Assembly: GCA_964016885.1 (NCBI GenBank)
Contig: OZ024740.1
Coordinates: forward strand, 259,532,001 to 259,596,000
Direction of reading: 5' to 3'
Origin: Eledone cirrhosa
Taxonomy: Eukaryota
Length of the DNA: 64,000 nucleotides
Shown here: positions 50,502 through 64,000 of the stretch, piece after piece
How the letters are laid out: every line of letters begins with the position of its first letter
Numbering within the stretch: the first letter of the stretch is position 1
The notes under the pieces: generated by a model
Told to the model about the DNA's origin: nothing
Seen by the model: the letters and a program-made list of their open reading frames with translations, nothing else
Databases searched by the model: none
Program-made: the position numbers and the translations under genes

Positions 50502-53500
50502 TGTGTGTATATCTATCATCATCATCATTTAACATTTACTTTCCATGTTAGCATGACTATCATCATCATAATGATCAAGATTTGCGTGTCCTATCTTGAT
50601 TTGCCATCTCTCTCGAGTCAATTGCCTTACCCCCTCCCCTGCCTATACTGTAAAGAACCACCCATAACAACCACAGCAACAAACTACAGTTCTGTTTACT
50701 GCCATTTCTCAGAGTATTGATTAATTAGTAAATATATTTATCCAAGATTTTTCTTTGTGTGTAGAGGATACACTGAAAGTGATTACAAGTAATGGGTAGT
50801 AAACAGAGGAAAGCTTTTAGTTTGTCTACTTGCCCAACTGGTTCTCTTATAGATCATGTCTGTCTCCCATATTTAAACATTGCTCAAATATATCTCAGAT
50901 TAGAAATATATGTGTATCACATGAAACTGCATTAGCAAAATATTCTTGAAAATTACAGATCAAGTTTATGACTGTTTATCAAGTTTATCACATTACAATA
51001 TCACTTTGATATTTTAAATTTTCACAACAATCTGTCCACCAGTAAATATGATATAAATATTTAGTACAAAACATAACTCTGACTGTATAACATTAAATAT
51101 TAAAGTCTTTACATTAATACTACACATTTTCACAATAATCTGTCCACTAGATAAGATAATATAAACATTTAGTACAAAACAACACTATGACTGCATCACA
51201 TTAAATATTGAAGTCTTTACTGTAATACTGTAAATTTTCACTACTATCTGTCCAGTAGTAAAGATACTATAAACATTTAAATTTACAAAGCTAACCCCAC
51301 CACCATCATTATCATCATTCCTATCATCACCATCATTACCACCAATCACTTTAAAATAAACAGTTTTATGAGGAAGTATGTTTGGAATGGGGCAAATAAA
51401 GTTTATAATTTAAATAGAAATAGATTTGCTGTAATATTTGTTACTATAATATAGTTTAATAATGGGGTGTATACATATGGCTATTAAGTTATAGCTTCTA
51501 AAAATAACAGAAAAAGCTGGGTGGGTTCATTGGCGTAATGGTAGTGTACTCATCTGGCAAATCAGAGATGTGGGTTTGACTCCTATTTGTGCTGATACCT
51601 TATGCCCCATTATTAACAGCAATGCTTCCATTATTATTTCAACTCTAAACAGTTTTATATTGAAGAATCAGAAGAGATTTCATGCAGTTTGCTATCAGAA
51701 AGGTTAGGCTGGTACTTTTATTTTAGAACCAAGGGTAGTTTTATGTAATTTAGTATTAGAAGTTTAGTTCTTCTTTTTATTCTCAATGAAAATCTTCCTT
51801 AAACAATCATTGCAGAGTTTTAGAGTGTCAGATGAAATATCTTGTAGTATTTTTACAGCCGTTTGCTTTCATTTCAAATCTCACTGAGATCAACTATATC
51901 TTTTAGCCTTTTCAGCTTTCAAACAGTTTGCTATCAGAAAAGTTAATATGTTTTTATACCAAACTGCCTGAAACCAGCTGAGGTACTACATACAAAACAA
52001 AAACTCCTATATCTGCTGATACCCACCTTTTTCTGTTCAGTGGTTTTATATGCCCCAGTATTAGACTATATTATGTTGTCAATGTTATGGTGTAGCTTCT
52101 ATTTCTATTTCAATTAAAAACTGTTTCATTTAAAATGATTATATTCATCATCATCATCATTTAACATCTATTTTTCTATGCTAGCATGGGTTCAACAAGT
52201 TGTCCTGTTGTGAAACAAGTCAAATTAGATGACCAACTAACTAACCTTCCACCTCTGGGTCCAGGCCGGCAGGATGGAGAATACATTACCCCAGAGGACG
52301 GCAAAGGAGACACGCTGGAACAGCCACTCCACCTCTCAGGGCTCACACTTGTGGGCAGCCAACTCCACTCCGATAGCAGTGAGTAAGGATGTGGCTCGGG
52401 GGCCAAGAACACCAGAAGTTTTCACTACCACAGACCTATCAGAGAGCAGCCGATACTTGGACAGAAAGCTTGTTATATTACAAAATGCCTCCCAAAATCA
52501 TAGGCAGTGTTTTTCATTTGAAATATGGTAACAGAAGGGTTAAATGTTACACAGGTGTGCGTAGATTTAGATGAAAAGAAAATGAAATCATTTTGAAAGT
52601 GAAATTAATTATCTTACCACAGCAGGTAGCTGTAGTCTTAATTAGAAACATCAAAACAAACACACCTGGTCTTCTTTGCACCATTATTGCTCAGTCCATT
52701 AGATGGACAATAGCTTCACTACTTTAGCCAATATTACAATTTTTATTCTTTAGTTTGTTCTTATTTTTAATCATTCATTCCATTCATCCATCACCACCAT
52801 CAACATCACCACCACCACCACCACCACCACCACCATCACCATCATCATCACTATCATCATCATCATCACCATCATCATTACCACCTCAACCACCACCATC
52901 ATCATCACCACTACTACCACCGCCAGCATCACTACTACCACCATCATCATTATCATCATCATCATCATCATCACCATCATCGCCATCATCATCCTCATCA
53001 TCATCATCAGCAACAACAGCATCATCATCACCACCATCACCATCATCACCATCACCATCGTCCTCACCATCATTATTTTCATCACCATCATCATCATCAT
53101 TATCATCTTCATCACCATTACTAGCATCATCACCATCATCATCATCTCCATCATTGTCGTCATCACTATCATTTTCATTACCACCATTATCATAACCACC
53201 TTTTCTTCTTCTGCTGCTTCTCCTCCTCCTCCTCATCATCATCCTTAAAAGAGATATGGATAAAGATCCCATAACTCCTTGTGGAGTCATAGAGGCACCA
53301 TCATATGGTGTGTGTAGGGCTCTTTAAACCTGGTGGAGCCCAACCCTCTCCAGGTCTGAACACAACTAATTTTTTCTATAGATGATAATCGACAGTGTAC
53401 TGGATTGGTGCTTTGTTTTATCGACATTGAAAGATGAAAGGCGAAGTTGACTCCAATGGGATTGGAACTCAGAGCGCACAATGAGGTGGAATGAATACCA

Positions 53501-55403
53501 TAAAGCAGGCATGTCAAACTGAGGGTCCCCCAAGGGCCACGTGGGTCACATATGTGTTGTCTGAGGGCCACACACGACAACTAATTGCGCACATTACAAC
53601 TAATTTTACGAAGATAAAACATGCTCGTGCTGTAAAAACCTTTGTGCGGGCCACAGGTGTACTTGTAAAGGGCTGTCCCGCGACCCCCTCAAGAAGAAGA
53701 AGAAGAAGAAGAAGAAGAAGAAGAAGAAGAAGAAGAAGGAGAAGAAGAATCAAATATTAAAGTTGTTATTCAAATGTTCACGAACATTTGTCCACTAATA
53801 AAGATATTATAAGCATTTGGATTAAGGAACCTGTTTTGGGACTTTATTTTATTGAATCATTACAAGATGTTCAGAATTAACCACAGCGAAGATGCACCTA
53901 TCACCACAAAGCAGCACTATGACTGCATAACATTAACCCTTAATCTGACAATGATTTAGCAGATAATAGCTAAAAATGAGTTTGTTGATTCAAATATTTC
54001 TCGTATCTTTATTATGAACAGATCATTGAAAATTTGAGTAAAATGTTTTATTTTCGATGTAATGATAGTTTTGTACTTTTCAAGCACATCTTGCCAATGT
54101 TGTTTCATATATAGGACATTAAGAGTGAAATATATGAAAACAACATTTAACACAACACTCAGCAGTCGAAATGAGGTTCCTCTGAAAGGTCTTTGGAATA
54201 ACGTTACTCAATAGTATGCATAGCTTGGCGATCAGACAGTTGCTCCGGATAGAGCTGCTACTTCTCTGAATTGAGATATCTCAGTTCTGATACTATGGGT
54301 ATGTGGTAAGAATGTCTCAGGAAAGAATCACTGGACAGATTTTACAGGCAAAACCAACTGGCAGGCAACCCAGGGGTAGACCCCAAGCAAAATAGTTGGA
54401 TAACATTCATGAGCTTGGCTGGTCTTGAGGATCCAGCTGGATCAGTTGGAGATGGTTGCTTCTGAAATGACCCACAAGAAGGAGTGTTTGAGGACTCTGT
54501 CCCGCGACCGTCTCAAGAAAAAAGAAAAAAGAAGAAGAAGAAGAAGAAGACCTACTATTTTTGTATGAAATTAAAATACATAAAATAATTTTAAAAATAC
54601 AATTTGTTTCTACAGCTTTCTGATTTATTTATAATTAGTCTTTATTGTAATTTTATTTTTTATTGTTTACTGATTGATTTAATGGCTTTGTTCACGGCTG
54701 GGGTCGATGAAGAGAGAGGCCTTCATCGATCTTACAATTGCGTGTCTAACACTTATATGCTCGTGCGCCTTCACATGTTTTAAGTAATTTTTTTATAGCC
54801 ATGATTTTATTATATAATTGTAATGTTATATTACATAACTTTATTTTGTCTTCTAATTGATAAAGGAGAGGGGAAAACTAACTAATATTTGAAGGGAAGG
54901 AAGCTGTTATTCCTTAACTTAGAAACAAAGCCGTCCTGGCCAAGGCGTAGTACCTGTCAGCATGTCCCCTTCTTCAGGAGCCTAATAGTCCTTGTCCTCT
55001 CCCTCCTTTTCTTCTCATTTATGGCATTTATAATCTTTTCACCGCCAGATCTGCCCTTCTTTATCCCTTCCCCTTTTTTTTCATTATTTATATAATTAAT
55101 TATGAAAACTTAATAATTAATTTAGTGTAAAATAAAAATAAACAATAAGTAAACAACAAAAATCTGCCAGTAACCGGGCACTTTATAAAATAGGTACATT
55201 ATTTGTGGTTTCACCGTAAATCAGCATGACCGGTAGTAGTATATTAGTATTAAAAGCGCGCTAACTGTGAGTTTGTCATTAATCTTTTTCTTCCATTTCC
55301 ATCTTATGTTTTGCCATTTGACTATTTATTGGCACCGTTTGACAGTGTAAGGGACACAGAGAGGAGGAATATTGGCCTTTTACCGTTCATATTAAGGGTG
55401 AGG

Positions 55404-55691
55404 ATGTTGCGGCGTAACCCGACTAGAATTGAACTCAAACTTGAGGATATTAAAGAATATGAGGCTATGAAGAATGAGAAACTCAAACAGAATGCCCAGA
55501 AGATGTCTGTGGATGCTGTAGGTGAGCAGTCTTCAGCATCAACAGCTCCTTTACCTGGTACCTGTAGTGGAGACACCACACCTGGCAGTAAAACGAAAGC
55601 ACAAGTTATCCGTGAGATTCAGGAAAGAATTGGATATGATCCTAAACCTCAGCTCGGTACATCTCGGATTCGAACTCCTATTCACAACTAA
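55404..55691 (+). CDS. CDC26: Anaphase-promoting complex subunit CDC26 (APC12), 95 aa
   Basis: MLRRNPTRIELKLEDIKEYE N-terminus and IQERIGYDPKP C-terminal motif. Start at ATG 55404, not the track's 55311. Confidence 0.93.
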   Translation: MLRRNPTRIELKLEDIKEYEAMKNEKLKQNAQKMSVDAVGEQSSASTAPLPGTCSGDTTPGSKTKAQVIREIQERIGYDPKPQLGTSRIRTPIHN

Positions 55692-56413
55692 CACTGGTCT
55701 GTAAATGTAAAAAAAAAAGAAAGAAAAAAACCCTAAAGGTGCCCTTAACTCTTGATGTGGAGTCCTAGGGGCGCCTTACTGACATACGTCGCGTCTTGGA
55801 CATTTTAAATTCAGCGGCGTTCACGTGGAAACACAGCCGATTTCTTCGAAAGAAAAAAGAGAGGGTAACAATCGACCTCACTACTGGATTTGTACTATAT
55901 TTATTGACCACAAAGGATGAAAGACTATAATGTTTATTTATTTTAATTCCACCCCCAATCTAACAATGAAATACATTTGTTTTATTCAACGCCCGGTTCT
56001 TGATTTAAATTTGTTCTAAGGCAGAATTTCTGAAACTACACCCCATCCCATAATTTTTGGTGGTCATTCTTCGCTGTAGCTAGACGCAATGTAAACGAAG
56101 CGATTGCTGTCAGTTTCTAAAAGTTGCATCCAATGCCACTCAATTAATTTTACACTTAATAAAATGAACGGTTTAAATCATTTACAATAATTTTCTTTAA
56201 TCTCTAACAAACAATTTAATTCGATATATCTTCTTGGCATTGTTATCCCCCCCCCCCCCCATTTCAGTAAGGGGGACATTTTTTCCTGTACTAACTAATC
56301 TAACTTCCAAGATGCTCACAATCGTTTTCCGTGAAATTAAAAGTCGATTGCAAACATTTTGGAGATTAGTTGATAGCACATGAAAAAATGTTTTTCTCCA
56401 CTGAAATCGAAGT

Positions 56414-56444
<31 letters not shown>

Positions 56445-58754
56445 TCTTCCATAATAATACTATTTTCTTTTATTAAAAAATATTTCTGCAGAGACGAGGG
56501 AAAGATATTTTGCCTGTTGTAATTTTTTCTAAAATCAAGGCGGGAATTAGCAGTCATTAGAACATCGGACAAACTTCTATAAATTACCTATATATTTTTG
56601 CAGTATCGTAATCTATGTTTCAAATGTAGGAACCCTCAAAAATTTTTGAAATTCTGAGACTTCGGCTGTCTTAGTTTTTAGTAATTGTTTCTACTTTTGA
56701 CGCAAGGCAGGCAACTTCAAGGGAATAGGAAAGTCGATTATATCTCAACCAGTGCTTTATTTTATCGACATCGTAAGGATGAAAGGCGACGCTAACCTAC
56801 GTTTGTTTAAATGGATTAATTTGAAGTATTTCAATGTCCCGGTTTTATTACTAAATGCAGCCACTATAAATTTCATAAACCCTTCAAATTGAAAACAATG
56901 TTTATAGGTGTGCCCAAATCGTCTGTACATTTATACATATAAAATAAGGAATTTGAAAAGTAATTCATTTTTGGTACTTCCTTAAATAAGTTTTCAAACT
57001 TTATCCAAAAACTGATACAGATGGTGCAGTTGGTTCAGGCAGTGGTGAAACTTATTCTAGATAGCCAGAAAGCCCCCTCAATCACCACAGCTCTTTATTC
57101 TCAAATTTGGTACCATGGAGAGTCCATTTCAGAGAACTGGAGCTAACACTGTAAAGTGGTCATTTTGGTGCCATGACAAAAAAGACCCAGTCCACATTGT
57201 AAAGTAGTCGTGTTTGTGTTTTGATAAAAATCATCCAGTCTACACTGTTAAGTGGTCGTTTTGGTGCTATGATAAAAAGCACCCAGTCCACACATCAAAT
57301 TTGGTTGGTGTTAGGAAGGGCATTCAGCCAGAAACGGTTCTGTATGATTACCTGATCTGACTTGTCTAACCCATGCTAGAATGGAAACAATGGTTATTAA
57401 ACTGATAATAATTGTGTATGCTTAATGATCTGTTTGAACAGTTTATACCAGGGCTTCACTTAATATACAAAATAAACTTACTGAATATAAAATTATAAAA
57501 CAACTAATTTCACAGTTGAGGAGTAAGACAGTAAGATATTGTTAAAGAGAGATTTGGCTTCTATTTGTAGCGGGTCAAACAACCACATAAAGGATCCTTT
57601 TGTATATCTTGTGTATAATTAGTATATAGTACATCTGTCATAATTTCATATCCACTTTGTTAGGTGTATATCTGGTGGCTGGTCTACATGATCCATTGAA
57701 TTTTCTTCCATTATAAAGGAATTAATAAATGCAAACTAGTAAATTCACTCCTGTGAACTCCCAAATATGTATTCACTCGTTAGGGGTCTATATAGACCAC
57801 TTTGAGAAGCTGTGTTTTAGAGGGGAAATACCTGATAAAGATATTGGATTATTAACAACTTGGTTATGACTTTACTTACACTGTGCTGTGTCTCTACATA
57901 AGAGACCTACCATATATACTCATATAAGCTGAGAAATATCTGACAAAAAAAAAAATCAAGGGTAAAATCGAGGTGAATATTTTAGATTTTAACATCCTGC
58001 ATAATTGAGGTGTTAAAATATTTTACCTTTCGAGGTGAATATTACACCAGTTTCACTGGAGCCCCTGTTATTAAAACACCCAAGAAATTTCTTATAAGAT
58101 GCAACCCTGTAGGAGGCCAGCTAAATCTGCATAGGTGTGAGCTGTGACTTCAATTTTGTTTTTCATTTCTTAAAGCATTGGTAGGCTGAAGGCTAAAACA
58201 AGGTGTCACTCAGTGGGACTGAACCCAGAAACCATAGTTACAACAAAAACTTAAGTTCAAAGAAAAAATAGGAATAATGATATAGCATAACACAAGTTTA
58301 TTTTTATTGAAAAATGTATAAGTAGGTTAGTAATGGAGGAGAGAGAGATTGTAGGGTGGAGAAGAAGAAAAATAAAGGTGTGTGTTTGAATGATGATGTT
58401 TATAATTAGGTTTAGGTTTTTTGGGGAGGACTTCCATTTCTGACAATGTAAGCTACAGTTTATTCAATCAATGGACAGCCTGCTCTTGGAATTAGCATAC
58501 AAGTGACTGAGCATTCCACAGGCACATGTGCCCTTAACATAGTTCTCAGTGAGATTCAGCATAATAGAGTGGCTGACTCCTTGAATTACAGGTAAAACTC
58601 ATTTTAGCCAACTGACTGAACTGGAGCTATGTAAAATAAAGTGTCTTGCTCAAGGACAATGCGCTGCCTAGTCCGGGAATCAAACTCGTGACCTTACGAT
58701 TGTCAGCTCAGCACCTTAACCACTTGGCTATGCATCTATCTAGGGGTGGGGGGG

Positions 58755-58960
58755 TTAACATCCCCGAGATGCATGAACGAGTTCTCTCCAGCAGTCTCTG
58801 TCCCTCATTATCGCTGCCATGTCTCGTGTCTCCAACAGACCAGTGTCTGTCCTTAGGGCATCAACATACGTTAACCTTGGTCTTCCGCTTCCAGTGTGTC
58901 CATGTAGGGGCGCCCACAAGAACACTGAGTGTAATGTCAAGTCTGGATGTCGGTGAGCAT
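58755..58960 (-). mobile_element. RTE-type LINE 3' remnant
   Basis: LWAPLHGHTGSGRPRLTYVDAL..MRDRDCWRE. Confidence 0.7.
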
Positions 58961-61376
58961 GTCAAGGAAAAATAAAAAAAACTCGAGAGATAACTAGGGT
59001 AGCAATAATTTAAGTGGGTATGTAGTTATATACATTTAAACAACATTTATGGTAGTGGTGGTGGGGTAAAGTGTATAATTATTCCACATAGTAGAATAGT
59101 CTTATAAGGTATGTATATATACACACATAACAGTAGTTAGCAGCTTTCATTGTATTAACACATTTTTTTAATATTGAAAATATTAAATTGTGTCAAAAAT
59201 GCTTTAAAGTAGAAAAAAATGCTGATAAAATTCAAATTGAGTGGAATTATATTTTTGGTGGAAGAATAGTGATATAAAGTAATAATAATAATAATTTTAA
59301 GATATAGAAATCCGACAGGCACGCATAGGCGTACAGACATGCATGGATATATATATATATATATATATCCATACATACATGCAGACACACGCACATAAGT
59401 ATGTACACACATACACATACATTCAGAAGGACCGGGAGTAAGAGTGCCAAACCCCTAGAACCGTATCCAACGCAACCATTACCTCGGAATCCGACTTATC
59501 CAGTCACTCCTCCCGGAGCATACCAGCAACCAAGGTGATAACTGCAGGCACCTCCCTACTGAAACAACTGACAGACAGGCCACCACACATCCGACCCCGA
59601 CACAGACTGCCTACCCCAACGCCATACACTGTGCACAGAAGATCCCACAATAGACATGTGACATTGTTCAATGTGCCTTACTCTACACATATCCATACAA
59701 ACATCCCAGGAATCTTCTTCAGGGCCCTTCACCAATGCTTCCGCCCAACACATAGATACCACCAGATCTTGATAATGGCCATCAACCAAAAATCCCTGAC
59801 TCTGCACCCAATCACCAACTCCGGGTTGCAAGCGAATCTGACCGTCCCAGACATTGGACGAACAAAACCAACCAAACCGCACTACAGATCCTCCACAAAC
59901 CTGCACCACAGAGCAGTCAGACACCTGTGCAACTGTAGATCCTGTATGGAGTGTCTGCTTTGAAACAACTGTTTTGTCTCCGGCATTGTATACTGATGCA
60001 CATTTCATGCAGAAAATATGTATACATAGGTGCAACTGGCGGTCATTTTAATTCCGATTTGCCTCTTCCTTCAGACATCAGAATAAAAGATTGCAAACCA
60101 GTCTGTTCGAGCAGGTATGACGAATTAAGGATGGAAGCATCACCTTTAGAACGGAATGGACCGTCATAAGACGACCACCCCGCTTACTTAGGTCGACACT
60201 GCTGGTTGTGCCTTGCAGAAGCAGAGGAAATAATAAAGCTGAAAAGACACAGTTTAAATGTGAGACCTGAAATCGTGATTAACTGTTTGAATCAGCGCAC
60301 CAACCTGTTCAACAGGTACGTACACGAGCATAGCCTAAGGAATACCATGTAATACACAACCATACATGGATCTAACACACGGGCAAGCGAAAGAATTCTA
60401 TAAGAACACTCTTCTGCTACTTATAACTCTTTCTACATATCTTAAACTACTCTGTTTGTAAGTAGCACTGTCTTACACAGAAACTCTGGGTCTCTCTTAC
60501 TTTCTCTTTCACGCTCACTCTCTTTCTCTTGGTCTCTCTCGACCAAGCCAGCAAAATTCATCAACAAAAGCTTGGATAAATACATTTTTACGAATACCTT
60601 TGAAAACAAACACGCATACACATCATATACACACACAATTCACCTGTGGTTATTTGTTCTTTTTGTATGTCATATAACTTTGGCGAAAGTTATATTTAAG
60701 AAATTAGTAACAGTGGCTTTGTGTTATTGTGGTTTTTATATATTTCATTTCCTACGTGATCAAGGTACATTACTTACTCAAGAACCATCATCGTCATAAT
60801 GAACACTGTTACTCACTTACTTGCACACCCACAATCTCTGGTCACACTATATCAGGCACATCAAGCTTCTCTCGTCTACACTCTATATCACAGTGACCAC
60901 ACCACTAAGAGGTGCACACAACTGAATCAACACCACAATACAACCATTTGTTCCAGCATTCAACCTGTTATGTATACACCAGGGGTGAGGGATCTATGTA
61001 TGGAAGGCATGCACTGCAAGACTGGTTTTTTTCCAGAGTAAATTATAATTTTTGTGTCATTAAAGTTTCACTATCCTCATTGTACACATGATCATTTTTT
61101 TTTTTTGTATTTCTCATTCATTTTTTTAAGATAATTTGTAAGCAAGCGATATTATTTAAAAAGTGTATTGCTTTGCGAGAAGTGAATGAAAAGCATTAGA
61201 TTAATTGCTTCCCCTTGAGCAAAAGCAATTTTTATATTGCTTGCCTTCCATAAGAAAAAGCAATGCTTATAGTTTCTTTAATATATTAGTCTTTTTCTTA
61301 TTGAGCAGGGGGAAAGAGAGGTAAGTAAAAGGTAGTCAAAAAGAGAAAGTCAAAAGCAGAATATATTTAGCATATC

Positions 61377-61836
61377 TGTAATGAAGGGTAAATAAAACTG
61401 GTTGTTAAATGAAATAACAAGAATAGCTGATTTACTTTATATATAAAAAAGTTTACTTCACTTCAATCAAAAAGAACAATAAACAAGTTACCACGAGTCG
61501 CGAAGGTTGACAATGTTATTTTTTTGTTGGTTCATGAAGCTGGTGTATTCTGAGACCAGGAGAGAGAGAGAGAGAGAGTAATGGTCTGTAGTTGTCTGTA
61601 GACCTCAGCGGCCTGTAGGTAGCAGTGAATCTTTACATAGCTTGTCTATAGAGTATGGCTCCGATCTCTCTGTGTAAAACGTGGGAAAATATAGGCTTTA
61701 TATAACTGTCGCTTTCTGTCTCCCTTCCTTGAGGGATCGCCCACGCATGAATCTGTCCATGCCGAAAAGGATGGTGACCTAGAATTTGACTTTTAGGTGT
61801 CACCCAAGGTTCAAGGCATGGACAAATTTCGCTACA
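61377..61836 (-). mobile_element. Solo LTR (460 bp) nested in the hAT relic
   Basis: TGTA...TACA termini, 4-bp TSD TATC (61373-61376, 61837-61840), homologous to 44000-44449. Confidence 0.85.
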
Positions 61837-61894
61837 TATCTACCTGCTGAAGAAAAGTGATGATGTTTTTATTGTTCCATGTGGCTGAGATCAA

Positions 61895-62095
61895 AGATTT
61901 GCATTTTCAGACAGATTTAGAATCTGTCTGAAAATGCAAATCTATAGCCTATATTTTCCCACGTTTTACTCAGAGAGATCGGAGCCGTACTCTATAGACA
62001 AGCTATGTAAAGATTCACTGCTACCTACAGGCCGCTGAGGTCTACAGACCATTACTCTCTCTCTCTCCTGGTCTCAGAATACACCAGCCTCATGA
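61895..62095 (+). repeat. Perfect 23-bp hairpin fused to an inverted partial copy of the adjacent LTR
   Basis: AGATTTGCATTTTCAGACAGATT-tag-AATCTGTCTGAAAATGCAAATCT, then the reverse complement of ~61532-61700. Confidence 0.85.
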
Positions 62096-63710
62096 TTTAG
62101 AATCCTTGCTGATTCTAGTTTATTGCATACAATTATTCAGTACTGTAGAGTAGATACAGAACATTTAGTGCTTTTTTTTTTTTTTTTAGAATAAAATTTT
62201 GATTTATTTTAAAAAGATATATCCCAGTAACATTTTTCATGTTTTCATTCACCCACATGATGGCAAAAGAGTCAATTAGCTCATTTCCCTCTCTACTTTC
62301 CCAATCTTTTGTAACAAGAAGCTTTGAAGAGAAGAATATAATTATTCCCGGAAGAGAGAAACTGAAGCTTGAACTGAAAACCAAAGTGGGCCGCAAGGAA
62401 TGTTATCATTATTTTCATTTCAAATATTAAGAACAGTATGAGTGAATGACGGGGTGTCCTGTTCTGAATAAATTGTTCTGTTTTCCATGTCTGTTATTTT
62501 GTCAACTTAAGAATACATGGGCAACTAACAGCTATTGAGATTTGAACATTTTGATTACAGCTTTGACAGGACACAAAAAATCTCGGAACCATCTCATGTA
62601 ATTGTTCTGAAAACCTTTGGCCATCAATGAATTGATACAGAGATCGATCACTGGAAAGCAGCTTCAATTCAGTTGCATTAAAGATGAGTAAAAAAAAATC
62701 ATGATAAATTGAAACTTTGGCCTGTCAAGAATTATCATTTCGAGGATACAATAAAACAGAGGGGTTGAAAACTTTAAGAACAAGTTTGAGGAATTTTACT
62801 GTCAGGTTCTGTATTGTGTCACTGAACCACCAGAGAAGTGTGGTCGATATCAAGAACCAGAAGCTGTTTTAAGAACTTTGTTTAACAACATTTTGGGTGA
62901 AGTTATTGTTCACGTTGAGCAAAGATTTAAAACAATGGGAGAGTTCAGATTTGTTGAATCTGAAGCTTTTTCACACACACGAAAACAAATTTCTGATGGA
63001 AGCGTTTTTATCTTTGGATGTCTATATAAACATATTAGATTTGGATGGATTGAAATCCGTTTATGCTGCAGATTTTGCAAAGTAAGCATCAAGCCTTCAG
63101 GAAGTTGCAGACATAATGTGGGAACTTGAACTAAATCAAGCTCTGGCAGAAGCTAATAAATTACTACATTTGATTCTAACCATACCTGCCATATCTGCTT
63201 CCAGTGAGAGATCGTTTTCTATATTAAAGGTAGTAAATAATTATATGAGGTGTTCTCAAAGTGAAGAGAGATTGAGCAATTTGGTTTTATTTCCATGAAT
63301 AAAGACCTTTTAGGTAGAGCATGGTGCTGATACATTTTATAGCAAAGTGATCGATGAATTAGCCAAAAATAAACAAAGTGAACTGATTTACAAATGAATT
63401 TTTAAATATTTCCTTATTTGTAGGTTTTATTACTTACTCAGCTTTCTGTCATAACTGATAAGGGTCATCATGGCGAGCCTGTCACCAGAGTGTTATTAAT
63501 GGGGGTGGGATACTCAAGTCTAGTGGAGAGGGAAATCAAGCCCAAAGCGTTGACTGTTGGTGGAAGTGCATCTCACATTAAAATTAGCTCATATCCCATT
63601 CACAAATGGAGTGGTGGGTGAAGCGCTGAATAATTTTGCTAGGGGAGGGAAAAGCTGGTGATTGGCCTGCATACCCTGCTTTCCAAGTCACCCTTTGCCA
63701 CTAGTATATA

Positions 63711-64000
63711 TCATCATTATCATCATCATTTCATTTTACGTCCACTTTTTCCCTGCTTGCAAGGGTGGGACGGGAACTGATTCTGGCTTGATTTCTACAG
63801 CTGGATGCCCTTCCTAACACCAACCTCATTTACAGTGAGTGCTGGGTGCTTTTTTGCATGGCACCTCCACGACCACTTTGCAGTGGAATGATAGGGACCC
63901 CAGTCCCTATCATCTCATTTCTACAGCTGAGTAAACTGGAGCAATGTGAAATAAAGTGTCTTGCTCAAGGAAACAACACATCACCCAGTCTGAGAATTGA
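63711..64000 (-). mobile_element. tRNA-SINE with RTE tail, cut by the window edge
   Basis: Near-identical to 46899-47190. Confidence 0.92.

Larger units (their letters stand above)
60980..63703 (+). mobile_element. Degenerate hAT transposon
   Basis: NKLFCFPCLLF (TTF zinc-finger-like, ~62467-62500) and ILTIPAISASSERSFSILK..ERLSNL dimerisation motif. Imperfect TIRs and near 8-bp TSD GTATACAC / GTATATAT. Confidence 0.78.

Noticed and set aside
51523-51594. tRNA-like sequence
   Set aside because: A and B boxes and the acceptor stem are degenerate. More likely a SINE head relic than a tRNA gene.
52755-53290. Ser/Pro-, Met/Val- and Asp-rich ORFs
   Set aside because: (CAT/CAC)n tract with no splice or homology support.
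55311-55403. N-terminal extension of CDC26 in the ORF track
   Set aside because: Non-ATG start overlapping a probable UTR intron. CDC26 family proteins begin at MLRR.
59420-60035. GC-richer overlapping ORFs
   Set aside because: No recognisable motif or splice structure. Probably a decayed retroelement, but it cannot be assigned.
60249-60286. ACAGTT..GAAATCGTGATT-AACTGT resembling HHR stems I and III
   Set aside because: No recognisable CUGANGA or stem II.

Overview
AT-rich, repeat-dense animal genomic DNA. The SINE, RTE and Penelope complement suggests an octopod or other coleoid cephalopod, which is an inference. Three host genes can be read, mostly missed by the ORF track. (1) The last two coding exons of BAP1/calypso lie on + (20189-20281, 21125-21331), so 1-20188 is probably one TE-filled intron. 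(2) A convergent 9-10-exon minus-strand gene (~32131-49038, ~854 aa, all intron phases consistent) encodes an MFHAS1-like Roc-COR protein with degenerate GTPase motifs, no visible LRRs and a C-terminal CaaX box. (3) A CDC26 gene has an uninterrupted CDS (55404-55691). The rest is Penelope-like elements (Neptune-like and Naiad-like), RTE LINEs with a PHD-like insert, their partner SINEs, Nin/Deu-type SINEs, a DD37D mariner, a Helitron, a hAT relic, solo LTRs, TTAA MITEs and (TA)n/(CAT)n tracts. The most striking hidden pattern is about eleven hammerhead ribozyme (HHR) motifs or half-motifs. Five of them sit in fold-back hairpins that turn in or beside the ribozyme.
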